Source: Chrysomallon squamiferum (Eukaryota > Animalia > Mollusca). From it: 64,000 nucleotides of DNA. The first letter of the stretch is position 1; each line of letters opens with the position of its first letter. The DNA is taken from NCBI GenBank assembly GCA_012295275.1, contig CM022671.1:32550001-32614000 (forward strand), in the 5' to 3' direction. This document shows, piece by piece, positions 13,150-27,000 of this stretch. Under the pieces are notes generated by a model that saw only the letters and a program-made list of their open reading frames with translations, ran no database searches and had not been told where the DNA came from. A program made the position numbers and the translations under genes.

Positions 13150-15902
13150 TTACGTCTGCTCGGAAGTGTTGTATACGTATGTGAGACATTTCCCCGGGGT
13201 TTTGTTAGTAGTAATGTCATCTTCAATAAGCACGAATGAAGAACTGTAACTGTCATCAAATTTGGGATATGACTGTTCATACTCCTCGTCTGAGACAAAA
13301 AGTTTCTTTAAATACATTCTTGCCCTCTGGGTCATATACTCCAGCCTGATCTTGCGAAAGTAAATGGACTGGAATCTATAAACGGGATGCACCAGTTCGC
13401 CGAGATCAAGTTTCACAACTCGTTTCAGGTACTCGATAGCTGCCCACACAGGATGCGTGGTCCTTGGATGCTCCAGCCTCATTTCTTTCGGGACTGGTGG
13501 AAACAGTCGTTTTTGACAGATGGTAGCAGCCCCCACTACCATTCCCGGTAACAACAACAACTTCCTCATTTTCCGCGCGCAGTAATCCACGAGTTCGTCG
13601 TCGGTTAATTCGGAAATGTCCTTGGCAGGTGTTTTAATTTGAAAACCACTGTTAAGCATCAGACTGTGATCCATGCTGCTGTCAGAAGAAATCTGACCAT
13701 ACATCTGAAAGTTTTGATTTTGAGACTCGCGACGGATGATGTCTTGATTGTGAACTGAAGAACCAGAAGGAATTTCATCGACAACAGAACGAGTTTCGCT
13801 TTCTGAAGACCGAGACATTTCGTCCATTTCTTTACCATTAGTGTATATCATAATCTTACGATCGCTGGGAATAGTTTCTCGATTTTTCCTCGTATACGGC
13901 ACAGATGCTATTTCGTTATTTTCTGTCAAAACCATCACATCGTCTGGTGAACTCTGATTGCAAAACTCCTCTAAAGACACCGATTTTGCTTCTATTGGAC
14001 ACTGTGTGTCGTCAACTTTAACGGAAAACTCATTTTCTGGACACGTCTTTTTGGATGCTACTTCTTCATTCGCTCTCGAAACATGAGGTCGTTTGGAACC
14101 AAAATACGCTGTTGATCCACCATCACATTCAACTGAAACAGGCGCTGTATTATTTCTCATCTTAGCTTTCGAAGTAGAAGACTGAGGATTTCTGTCCTGA
14201 GTTATTCCTAAGCGTTGCTTTGATATCAGCGGTTGTCTTGAGCATGGAAAGTTGTCATTAGGCAATTTTATCTTATCTGAATCTTCTTCTGCTTGTCGGC
14301 CTGTCGCTGGTACACTGAATACCCTATGCGAATCTATAAATGAATCATTCATCTCCACTCTGTAATCTTCCCAGTCAGACTCCTCAACCAGTACTTCCGT
14401 GTCTGGCAAAAGCGCCATCTTTTGCTCAGTAAGATACATCAGAATCTGATACGCCGATCTGACCACGTCACCAGTCATGAGGGACGACGGCAGCACCTGT
14501 GAAGTTCCTCCGTTCGAAGACATCTCTATGCCGTTGTTCAAAGCAGTGATGACCGCGCTGAGTCGAGCGAGCTGCCCGGGAGCCTTGGCTATGGTTCCTC
14601 TTCGTCGCTCGTCATTGGCGTGTCTCTGCTGCCACATGTCTAACTCAGCAAGTCGACTGAAAGTAACAATTTTCAGTTTATATATATATATATATATATA
14701 AACTGAAAATGTGTTACTGAAAATATAATACATTCGTGTAAAGCATAATTATGTACACGCATACACATGTATGCGGAGATAAACAAATACACTCACGAAT
14801 ATATAAATGTGTTTACACATATTATTATTATTATTATTATTATTAATATTGTTGTACATTCACATGTTCTTAGACATTTTAAATAACTTTTTGTTTTGTT
14901 TTGTTTTTGTATAATAATAAAAATAATAAAATAATATAAAAATTTAGAACATATCTACTTGTGTGTATATGTTTTATGTATATCACCTATTAAATTCTTT
15001 CCTGCCGTCTTCACGAAAAGTATAGGAAACGTTCTGCACTTGATGATAATTCTTAATTCCAGATAAAATCGTCTGCAATGTTGGACTGGTACCAGTGGTG
15101 TGCGAGTTGCCATCCCTGTCGCCGTCTGCTGTTTGAATAATACCTGGGTCTTTAGGACACGTGACTAGCAGACGGTCGCTAAGGCCGTCTGCGTCAAAAA
15201 CGTCCAACAAACCTGTTGCATCTATGGCATTTATTGTTCCAATGAAATTGAAATGGAATAAATGATGGACGGATTTATTATTTTCATTTTTATCTGTTGC
15301 ATCACACGGGCTGTAAAGTTTTAATAGATTCTCTGGACTGAATAAAGGGCACTTGCTAGTAAAGTCAATTCCTCTAAGAAAAGTTCCAAAGTTATCAAAT
15401 ATTCCGATTAAACTAATTCTATTTCCCGGCGGATGAACTTTAATTAGAGTTTCATTCACAGTCATTAGATTTTCTTCATCAATTAACAGTCTAGGAAAAT
15501 TACTGATTTCCTTATCACTGACACTGTTTATATTCTGCGCTTTGTGAAGCGCCCACATTTCTTTTTCTAAACCGGCCACAGCTTGTTTAATTCTTGATAG
15601 AGCTGGAGACTTTTTGTCCCCTCGCCTCCCGGCTACGCAGATCCATAAAACTGGCTTTTCGGTCCATCCTTTAGCTTTGTCTACCACTACCGTAGCATCT
15701 GCGCCCATACAGCCAGCTACGGCCGTCAGTAACGGAAAAGAATTAGCTCCGTCGAGCAACACAGCGAATCTGTGAAGGTTGATATTAGCGCCCTCGATCC
15801 TTGGTCAAGAATGCTATTCAGGTTTAATTCGTACCTCTGTGCTTGCTTTATCCTTTTCAAGTACATTTTTACTGTTTCTGGTGAATAAACTCGTGGCAAC
15901 AT
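13150..15902 (-). CDS. DUF3987/YfjI-like P-loop (AAA+ helicase-related) protein with disordered linker and C-terminal globular domain; apparent 1-nt frameshift at 15734-15739
   Basis: Exon 1 15902-14987, GT-AG intron 14986-14657, exon 2 14656-13150. Motifs typical of DUF3987: PLLTAVAGCMG, GWTEKPVLWICVAGRRGDKKSPA (Walker A variant), LIGIFDNFG (Walker B position), FNFIGTIN, DGLSDRLL, KAPGQLARLSAVI. The upstream ORF 15726-15935 supplies the expected N-terminus (ISTFTDSLCCSTELILF) in a different frame. About 807 aa if one base is restored. Confidence 0.75.
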
Positions 15903-15949
15903 TGTGAAGAAGTCACATGTGTGCACTGCTCGCAAGATAAATTCAGATA

Positions 15950-16200
15950 CAACAGTGAAAAGAGGCTAACGCTAAATATCGCAGTATTCACAGCTCGGAA
16001 AAACTAATGGCGATAATGTAATGTCATGCTATTGGCTGTCGCTATTTTTAGCACAGGCCACGAAGGATTATATCGAACTTAGCTCACTGCGATGATAACA
16101 CGAACTTTGAACCAGCGCTTGTCATAAGCCGCTCTTGAAAATCCCGTGGAACAAACACTGCAGATTACTCGAAGTGCGCGTACGACCATGGGGTATGACT
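15950..16200 (-). promoter_or_regulatory. Probable CpG-rich promoter of the DUF3987-like gene
   Basis: Locally GC/CpG-rich segment directly upstream of ATG 15902, with a CCAAT box on the minus strand (ATTGG at 16031-16035). Confidence 0.35.
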
Positions 16201-16424
16201 GAAAATTAGTGTAAAAAGTTGGGGAGAAGCAAGAAAAAAAAAAAAAATGTATGTTTTTAAAAGTTCATCTCTATGATTTCTGCTGTGTCGTCAATTGATG
16301 ATAATAAGATATTTTTATTGGATGTTCTGGGTTTTTCTCCGTGAAAAGTCAACTCGCTCTGTTCGCTTAACCCAAGAGTCCCCCATATCCTGACTTAGCT
16401 AAGAACTTGTGAAATATTAGCTAA

Positions 16425-16456
<32 letters not shown>

Positions 16457-17312
16457 ATAATAATAATAATAAATAAAATAAAATAAAATAAAATAAAAAA
16501 ATAAAATAATTAAAATAAAATAAAATAAAATAAAATAAAATAAAATAAAATAATTAATTAAAAAAAAAAAATAATAAATGAATGGGTTTTAACGTGTAAA
16601 ATATAACACATAACGACCACGTTTTAACGTATACATGTAGGCTGTAATGATTTGTAGGATCAAACTTCGTTGGCGGGCTGGTTTAGCTATAATGTGAAAG
16701 TGCTAATAAAAAGTTTCTTACTCCAAATCGTTAATGGAGAATCTGAAACTTTTGTTCCCTGATAATTCACATCATGACAAATAGAAAACAGCCATTGAAT
16801 GTGTACCAATACATCTATTAAGAAAACCTGTGTGTACGCGCTCACACACACACACATACATACAAACTCACATATACATAAAAGGATGTATATTAACTTG
16901 ACTAAAGTAACTCGAATATGTAATTGAATCGTACTCGTTATAAAGAATGAAACAGAGAAGAAAAAAAAAATGAATTCCAGTACACAAGAGTTCATTTCTT
17001 TTTCTTTCAAACAAAAGATTACATTTAGCCATGGTTTAGCCTTCTATACCATACAGACACCCACGTGTTCACGCCCATCCTTTGGTTATTTCTTTCTTTT
17101 TTGAAATAATGCCTTCTTAATCTTCAAAATCACACAACCATAAACCTTTTGTGAAAGTACGGACCCACTTCTAGTCCTAACATAAGAAGTTCATAAACAA
17201 ATCAATGCACACTTGTATGATGGGTTAAAAAGATGTAGTTCAGTCGTTCTGTATTTTATACCGCGGCATTTTCCTTCTCGTCATAAAAGGTGTAGTAGAC
17301 ACACACACAGTA

Positions 17313-17359
<47 letters not shown>

Positions 17360-17699
17360 TAAATCTATATTTTATGTATATGTGAAATCTATATTCTGTA
17401 TACATACATTCATAAATACGTACATACGTATATATTAACGTGCATTCATACGAAAGGACTAAGACAACTATCCTTCAAAATGCTACTTATACACTAGATA
17501 TTTTTATCCTGTATATAATTTCCACAGAACAAAAATAGGTTTTGAAACTAAACCATAAATACTATACTGGTAATGAAAACTCTACTGTGAGAAAATCATC
17601 TAGGAGACAAAAACATTCTGTTCGTTGTTAGTAATAATCCATTAACGACAAAATGTGTGTCGAACGTAGTCCGATATTTATCTAAGAATCTCGCAAATG

Positions 17700-17790
17700 A
17701 TGAGAGAGGAAACCCGCTGTCACTCTGTGGGCCATTATATTTTTATTAGCAGGAAGAAATGTTTTATATGCACCGTTTCATAGTCGGGGG
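17700..17790 (+). mobile_element. Dispersed SINE-like repeat fragment
   Basis: GAGAGAGGAAACCCGCTG...ATTAGCAGGAAGAAATGTTTTATATGCACC. Degenerate copies share the core at ~20290-20335 (+), ~30395-30430 (+) and ~41415-41512 (-). Confidence 0.5.
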
Positions 17791-18011
17791 AAAACTGCCT
17801 TTGATAGATCTGCAAGTGAAAAAATAACGTGTGTAATGAGCAAGCTGTTGTGAAGCACGCTTGCTTGTCATGCACTCTGACAAAACCAGTGGGATTGATA
17901 AGCTATCACAGAATTGTATCTGTAACGTGCATAGTCGTCGTTAGCATAGGGAGTTTGTGCTCAGGGAATAACGTTTGTGTGTGTGTGTGTGTGTGTGTTT
18001 ATATATATATA

Positions 18012-18049
<38 letters not shown>

Positions 18050-18099
18050 AATACTTTAGTGGCTTTTCATCTAGTAAAGACAATAAAAGAGAGAAAGAA

Positions 18100-18156
<57 letters not shown>

Positions 18157-18745
18157 AAAAATAAAACTATTAGAAAAAAAAAATAATATATTTTTTTTAA
18201 AATGTAATAAAATATACAGCGACAATAATAATAATCTGCATTATTTGAATAAATGCCGATTGATTTTAAAGCTTTTGTTATTATTTATTTATTTTAAATA
18301 CCAAGAAATAAAAATGTATTGATTTGATAAATCTGTGAAACAAAAGTGAATATAAACATTCATTTATTATTTGGCAGTAGCAGTAGAAATCAAATGAAAA
18401 CCCGTGTTTCCAAGGTGCAAGATTTCCGGATTTTGAAAATTAATAATTAATTAGTGACTTTGTTCCCAAAATCGGACCACGCTAAAATCCCCTTTAGATT
18501 CGTAACACTGCATAACCTTTTCTTAAATAAAACTTGTCTGTAATCGGATATGCTTTAACAGTTTAAGGAAATAAATCGATTAATAAACTTCCTACACTGC
18601 GCTCCTGAATTACCTATAATGTATACAGTAATCATGTCATTGGTCATAATTCTACTGTTCACCAGAAAATGTCATTAAATTTCAAACCAAATTGTATTTA
18701 ACGCCCATTAAAATTGGAAAGTGTTCGATCGAAAACACTTCAATC

Positions 18746-21700
18746 ATGAACAACGGACAATCTACTTTGAAACCAGGGAAAGATGGAATTATCGGGTCTC
18801 AGCCGGAAACGGGTACCAGTCTTGATCAATACAGCATGGAGACTTTACCCACGCAAGATCTTCTTGATGGTGATTTTAGCGAAAAAGAGGAAGCAGGAGA
18901 TCAAGCTTGGGGAAGCCTTTTGCCACTGCGATCTAGTTTAATCGCTATTGGTAAGAGCGTTGTTCGAATCGCATTCATTTTGCGATAAAAACATGTTGCT
19001 AAATTCAGACCTATACATGCATCTAACATGATTTCGTGTTGTTTGTAATTCGGAATTGTATAAACTGACATTATTATGATTATGGTTCTGGTTGAACCTA
19101 CTACATAGTTAAAAGCTTCTTCCATAATTACTGTAAATTATGTTATTAAACAAAATATATTTTAATCTACCGGAGATATTTTATCAATTTTGAAAGAATA
19201 AGTATTAACAATTTTGGTGCAGCTAGACATTTACTGTGGTATCCGCACGGCACGATCGACCTACTTTTATCATTTAAACATAGCAGTGTATAAATTATTA
19301 TCATTATTTTATTACAAATCAAAGAAAAAGTTGAATTTTTAAAAACAAATATTGTATTAATTTTGTCTTTTAGTTACCAGGGTCATTGCACACAAATTGT
19401 ATCTATTTTGGTGATTTTTTTTTTTGTTTTTTAACCCACGCACGCACGCACACACACCATGAATGATATTAAGGTTAATAATATAATCATTTTAAATAGC
19501 ATTTACTGATTTATTTTCACATAAATGTAGCTCCCCCACATGGAGATCGTCTGGATAAAATCATCATACTCCTTTATTATGATTTAGTTTTTAATATAAT
19601 TTTGATGAATAAATTTCAGAGCTGAAACGAGATGAATACATCTTTGGCCGAGGGGAGGACTGTGACATATGTTTCAAAGCTGACCGAGATCTACCATGTT
19701 TTCAGGCTTTGAGCAAAGTACATTTCAAAATAATCAGAGTAAGTGTATGTATTCTGCTGTTATTTCTTAGTCTGTAAAAGTGGAAGCATTTTGACATCAC
19801 ACCAAAGGGATATTCATGGCCAACAAACTGCAAGAGATATTTTGTACATTGTAATTGCCAAAGAGAGGAATATAATGCCAGTTGTATGATTTGGGCTTCC
19901 ACTAATGACTGACAGAAACTGAAAGACATTAAAAAAAAATACTGACAAGTACTTTTTATACTTATATAGATTGCTGTTAATAAAATAGGCATATATTTTT
20001 ATCTGATGTGTATCAGTATCTTTGAATGAGTAATAAATGATGTATTTGAGTATTTGAAAGTTTATTTGCTGACAAGTGGATTCTCCCAGCAACCAGTTGG
20101 CTGCATTTAATAGTGTACTCATGTTTATTATAATTATGTAAAAATCAAATGAACATATTTGTATATAGAGAATACAAACTTTTACGTTTTGAAATGCACT
20201 AGCACTGGTATCATACATAGACATAATGTCAGTATATCATACAATTGTTTTTTTAAGTCATTTTTGTAAACAGAATTAATATTTCTATGGTCAGATACCT
20301 TTTATATGCATATTACCACATACAGGAAAACAGAGCTGTAATGGGAAAAAGAAATACAACAGCAGACCTTATTGTTAATAACTACATTTTTTTTTTTATC
20401 TCCTGATTTGGTATTCTTTTTAATTACTGAATATAACATTTTTTATGGAAAAAAGGTGAAATTGCTACAAAAAGTATTCTGTTAAATACAGTTAGTACCA
20501 GGTCATATCGAATTATTTATCTCATATCATTTATAAAACACACATTGGCAAAATTCTGTATAGGACTAGGAATACCTTGCACATAATGCACTGCAAAACA
20601 AAAACTCTTATCTGCATTAATTAAATTAGCATTGTACAGTTGGCATAGTTTCAGTAAGAAAAATTATGATACATGGTTATCCTAAAGAAATATTATTCTA
20701 AAATAGAAATAATCATATCTGATTAATTTGAAAAGAAAACAAAACAAAGGATAAACATACTGTAATAAATCCTACACCAAAAAAACAACAACAAAAGTTT
20801 CAAAGAATTTCCCTCCTGGGCTCCTCTTTCCATGTTTGTGTGGGTGTTTCTAAATCCTAAAAGTAGGATGGTAGATACAGAGTACAAACACCGGTTCTGT
20901 TTCTGTATTGTTTTAATATTTACATTCTATGTTATTCAATGTTCAGTTCCGGCAGCTGAAACTGATTTGATTTAGAAAAAATCTTATGTTGTCTGACAGT
21001 TTATTATTATTATTGTTGTTGTTACTATTATTATCCAAGTTTGTTATTTAAACACTGTTATTTAGAAGCTCAGCTGAAAAGAAGTTGTCACTCATCACAA
21101 TTAGATCTGTTAAAAAACAACAACTTTAAAATGTGTTATCATTTGTTGAAGAAGATGTTGTGCACATCAAAATTTTGTCCAGGTTTACCTGCACTATTTA
21201 TCTATGAGCTGTGTGTATGTCTGGGCATGCATGTGTGTGTGCACATATATAGGAAAGCATTAACTGTCTTTCAGTAAATATGTCATGGAACTGGCTGGAA
21301 TGGAAACTATCATTTAATAAGGCAAAATGAAAAATTAAAACAATCCTTGTAATTCTTTTTATTTTTAGAAGAATACAAGTACTGGTACACATGTATTTCT
21401 GCAAGATACAAGCAGTAATGGTACTTTCATTAATGGAGAAAAAGTAGGTCAGTATATTTTGCTTTTGATAGTCCACATTATCACACACATAATGAAAAAA
21501 TGGAATACACAATTCAGTAATGATTTATACAAGCTTGTATCAATATATAATGATAATAAAAAGATAAAGTAATTTTACTAAATGTACTCTTTTTTTTTAA
21601 CTTTTGATAAACTGATTAAATCATTTAATTAAATTATTTACTCCAAGATGAATTGTTGTAATTACCTACCTACCTAACAATGCGGGTGTGTAGGTACACA

Positions 21701-23990
21701 CATACATAATTATGTGTGTAATATATTAATATAAGAGACAGGTATATGTATATGGATTTATGAAATATAACAAAATACAGTGTAATTGATTACGACATTA
21801 AAATAATTTATTTCTTTAAAATAAAAAATGTCTGTAATACTAATGGTAATGTGTTCATTCATCATTATTACTGTTTTTCTTATTTTTCAGTATAAATAAT
21901 TATAATCTATATTTATAGTTATTTATAGTTAACTGAACTTTGTTTGTGTATGTATGCATGAAACTTAGAAATTCTAAATTTTCTTTATTTAATAATATTT
22001 TTAATTTATTAACAGTATCATTTTGAAAATATTTCCAGGGAAAGGTAACACACAAGTTCTTGCAAACAATGATGTGATTGCATTAGCATTAAAAAAAAAT
22101 AAAGGTATGTATATTTCCATTATTTTGATTGATAAAAACGTACTCCTTGCTAGAAGCAAAAATAATAATAAAAAAAAAAAAAAAAAACACATTTTAGTAA
22201 TAACAGTTGTCAATATGAACTGAAGGGCCTGGAAAATGAATAAATGAATGAATGAATGTATTTATTTTGTATTTTTTTAAATATTAATCATTACAGATGT
22301 CATACATATTTTTTGTATTAACAATGCCCAAAATGATATACTTTTATTATTGTAATTTCTTAAAATTATTATTAAATCTTTTTTATCTGCTTAAAATATC
22401 AACAAAGGAAGTTTAGTTCCACTTTTCTTTTATATAATTAAAATTTTTTTTTAAATAATAATAATAAATACCACTCTATTTGCAGGATATCCTTATATTA
22501 ATTTTGAAATATTAATAATAAAATAAATAATTAAACAAATTCTGTTATTTAAATTTACAGCTTACGTGTTCTTGGATTTGAACGAAAAGGAAGAAAATGA
22601 ATTACCCAAAGATTTAACAAACAAATATACAATTACAAAAACATTAGGCAGGTGAGAATTATAAACAAAATATTTTCTGTCTGTCTCTGTCTCTCTGTAA
22701 ATGTATGTAATATATTTAGTGTACAATTAGATTCAGGTTTTTTTTTTAATCATTTTGTTTACCATTTAAATTTGAAAAATAAAAAGACAGATTCTGTAAA
22801 AAAACAATTTTAATTAAATATTCTCAGATTTTGTATCTGACTAAAATACTTAACATCAATGTTGAGAAATATTTTGGGAGGAGAATTTCAATGGTTACTT
22901 GATCTAATTTTGTTTTAGGTTTACATTTTATAATAATGTCTTTCAGAGGAGCGTGCGGTGAAGTGCGGCTGGCATTTACCAAAGGATCGTGTAATAAATT
23001 CGCCTGCAAAATTATTTCTAAAAAGAAATTTTCTCTCGGTGGCAAACATCAGTTGGTAAGTAGTGTCAAAGATTATCATCATAAGTGAATTTTGGAGGGG
23101 TAACCATTTTGCATCAACCTTGTTTTCAGAGAAGCTTATATTGTTATTATTAGATTATAAATAATATTTATTGATCAGATTAGTAGATGTATTAAAAGAT
23201 ATGATTTTCTCATTTCTTATTACGTTGTTAAGTTGAAGAATTCTCAAATTACTGTTGATTTTTGCAGAACATGTCATCTCAAGTAATGACTGAAGTGAAA
23301 ATCCTAAAAGCATTAAAACATGTAAGTAGTATACACAGTATAAAGAAATCGCATGGTTGTAGGATTCAATAGGTTACTGTTTTATTTATTTGTGGCAACC
23401 AGTTATTCTTATTTTTTTATCATATATTATTATCAGAAAAAAACTGGATGCCCCAGAAATGAACAAAATATTAATTTCTGAGGCATGCTAATAACATCTG
23501 TTAAATGAGCAGCAAATATTGCTAAGACTATGTAATGTATATATATGTGTGTGTGTGTGCATGTGCATGGATTAAAGTAGTTAAATATTAGTATATGTAG
23601 GTATAAAAAAACAAATATATATATTTATAAACATACTCATATTTATAATACACGTACTCATATTTATACATACACATACACACATGGGTGTCATTACTTA
23701 CATATAAGTATGTGCATGTTATTTGTATTCCAGATTATATATTTGCATATGAATGTATGTTCATACAGAAAAACCATGCATTTAAATATAAAATGATTTC
23801 GATTTTCAGCCATGTATCATTAAGATTGATGATGTTATAGATACTGAGGAGTATTTATTCATAATGTTAGAACTGTGAGTATGTAGTATAAGTATTATTT
23901 TAGTTTTAATAATTTACAGTCCTATAGTGGAATGAATATATATGTTTTTTAAATTTATATTTTGTTTATCTTTTCATTTATTTATTTATT

Positions 23991-24038
<48 letters not shown>

Positions 24039-27000
24039 TTATTTTATTTTTTTTTTTTTTTTTCAGTTATTGGTTTATTGTTAATTCCAATTATTATTTT
24101 TTTTCCACATTATATATATATATATATATATTAGAGTCATGGTCTGAGTCATAATGCTTTTTGCATCATTGAACAAAAAAAATTACTTATTTATTAAAGG
24201 CTGGGATATCTTTTAAAAAGATCCCCTTTTATTAGAGGAACATTTTTTTTTTTTAGCAGTTTTATTCTTAGGCTGTATGAGCCCCAAATTTTTGAAAAAT
24301 AGTGACTGTTCTGTGACAAAACTGTAAAACTATAAAATTTAATTATGTCTTCTTTTTTTTTTAATCTCATTTACATATTAAAATCTTTTGATTTTATGCA
24401 GAGTTGAAGGAGGGGAATTATTCGACAGAGTTGTTGAATCTGTGCAGTTTGACGAAGCTACAGCCAAATTACTTTTTTATCAGATGGTTTGTGCTTGCAA
24501 GGTAATCAAACATTATGCTTTGAGTCACCCTTTTTTATTTCAGTGAGGTGTTTTTTTTGGTGGTAGGATTTAAAAAAAAATTATTATTTATTTAAATGAT
24601 TTTTTTTTTTATAGTCATTTCATATAAGTTTGTTTCAGTTTCTTCTTCTTTCTTTTGTCTTGTTATGTGTTTCTTAAACTTTAATTTTGAAAAATATTAT
24701 AATTTGTTACTAAACAAATAATCATTAATTACTAAATTTATTTCAGTATTTGCATGACCAAGGAATTACACACAGAGATTTAAAGGTATGTACTATTACA
24801 ATTATTACCACAACTATTACCACTACATTTACCACTATTGCTGCCACTATTTCCATTACTAGAATCATTCTTGTGACATTGGGGCAGTAGACTAGCAATA
24901 TTAAGGACTGTGAAATGGCATGAATTTTCTAGAGGTTCTGAACAAATTTTGAAATGTAGATAAATAATATTTGATTGTGATGCTAATTTATATAAATTAA
25001 CATCAGTGTAAAAAGAGTGAAGGTTATTTATTAGTGAAAATTTAGCATATCATGGCAGGCATGTGCAATAGAACTATTAATTATGTAATCTATATACAAA
25101 TCTAATATTAATCTGTAATGATTTGGACAGGACCATTTGGCAATACAAATAAAATTTAGTAAAATGGAAAAAAAATTTGGATGGCACTCTCAAATGGTTA
25201 AATTATTGGGATGGCAATCTTTCTGTTACCTATACTACCAACACTGCTACTACTACAACTACTATTTCTACTGCTATTGATGTTATAACAGTGTATCTTG
25301 ACGATAACAACTACTGCAACCATTACTCCCAATACATAATATTAGTTAGTTGGTGTGGGCATTCTTTTGATTTTAAGCAAAAATGGGGGAAATGGGAAAA
25401 CTTGAATGTTATTATTATTATTATTATTATTATTTTGTTTTAGTAGTATTTATTTAAATATATGTTTCTTAGTTCAAAATAGGGTTGGATTTGATCGAAA
25501 GTAAAATGTTCTGTTATATTGAATTTTCAGCCAGAAAATATTTTATTAGCAACAGAAGAAAATGAAACTCTTATCAAGGTAAATGATAGTTTTGTTTAGA
25601 CATTTTCACACAAACACACGCTGCCTCCTCATCTCTCTCTTCCCCCTCCCTCCTTCTCTCTCTCACTCTCTCTCTCTTTCTTTCTCTCTCACAATCTCAC
25701 AATGCCACATTAACATATTTGTATAATTTTAAAATATATTTTGTAATTCCAGTATAGTTTTACAGAATGCTATATAATTAATTTTAACTATCAGTATAAA
25801 TATAAATGCTTTTGTCTTCCTTCATTTGAATGGTTATATTAAATATTATTAATTGGCTAAATGTTTTTTTTCCATCTTTATAAATTATTGTAATTTTTTA
25901 TATACAAACTTTTGTTATTATTATTGTGATGATTTTTTTTTTTTTGGTAAGGTTACGGATTTTGGGTTATCAAAATTCATTGACGCTGGATCAATAATGA
26001 AGACATTTTGTGGAACACCCACATATCTGGCACCCGAGATTCTAGAAACTGCAGGCTGTGGGTCATACACTAAAGCAATTGATGCTTGGAGTTTAGGAGT
26101 TATCCTGTATATATGGTTAGTTTCATAATTATCATCCTGTTGTTAGAGTTTGGGAGTTACACTATATATCTAGTTAGTTACTAGAATTTGGGAGTTGTAT
26201 TTTATAACTGGTTACTTACATTGTATATTATTATGATTAATTACATTGCATCCTGTTACAGAAGTTGAGGATCTATACTATATATCTAGTTATATATTGT
26301 TATCAGAATTAAGCAGTTATTACCTTTAAGGATATATATTAGCTATCTTAATTTACACTGAATTTAATAATATTTGTATTCAATTTTTATTAGTTTTATT
26401 ATTATTATTATTATTATTTTTATTTTTTTTTTTTATTATGTTTACTTATTTATTTATTTGTATTTGTTTTTAAATTTAAAAAAAAATATTTTTTCAACTT
26501 AAATATTTAAAAACAGTCTTTAATCCAAGTAATTAACAATTTATATCTGTATTCTATTTTCATATAGTTTTGCAGTTTTTAACAATTTTTCAGTGTATCT
26601 GGTTATCCTCCATTTTCTGATGAGAGGAAAGATATGGAGTTGCCAAAACAGATACTAGGAGGCCATTACAGTTTTCCTAAACAGTACTGGAATGGCATAT
26701 CAGAGACTGGTATGTATATATATATAATATCACTGATTAATAAAACCTAGGTATTCATAACAGAAATGAATAAAATTAATAGTTGATAGTCTGCTCAAAA
26801 ATATAATATAAATAATAAAATAACATAAAATAAATAAAATAAAATGGAAGTTAATGGTTTTTTCCATAATAGTTAATAAATATACTGATAAATTTGTGGA
26901 TTATTTCTGTAGAAAATGTATTTCCATAATCCTCACAGTATTTTAGCCTCGGATAAATAAACTGACATTGACAAGAAGTAATCAGATACAATTACATTGA

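Noticed and set aside
14477-14701. Antisense ORF over the DUF3987 exon; likewise 39298-39612, 42435-42767, 43365-43607, 29037-29426 and 5327-5599
   Set aside because: Shadows of real exons on the opposite strand with no independent motifs.
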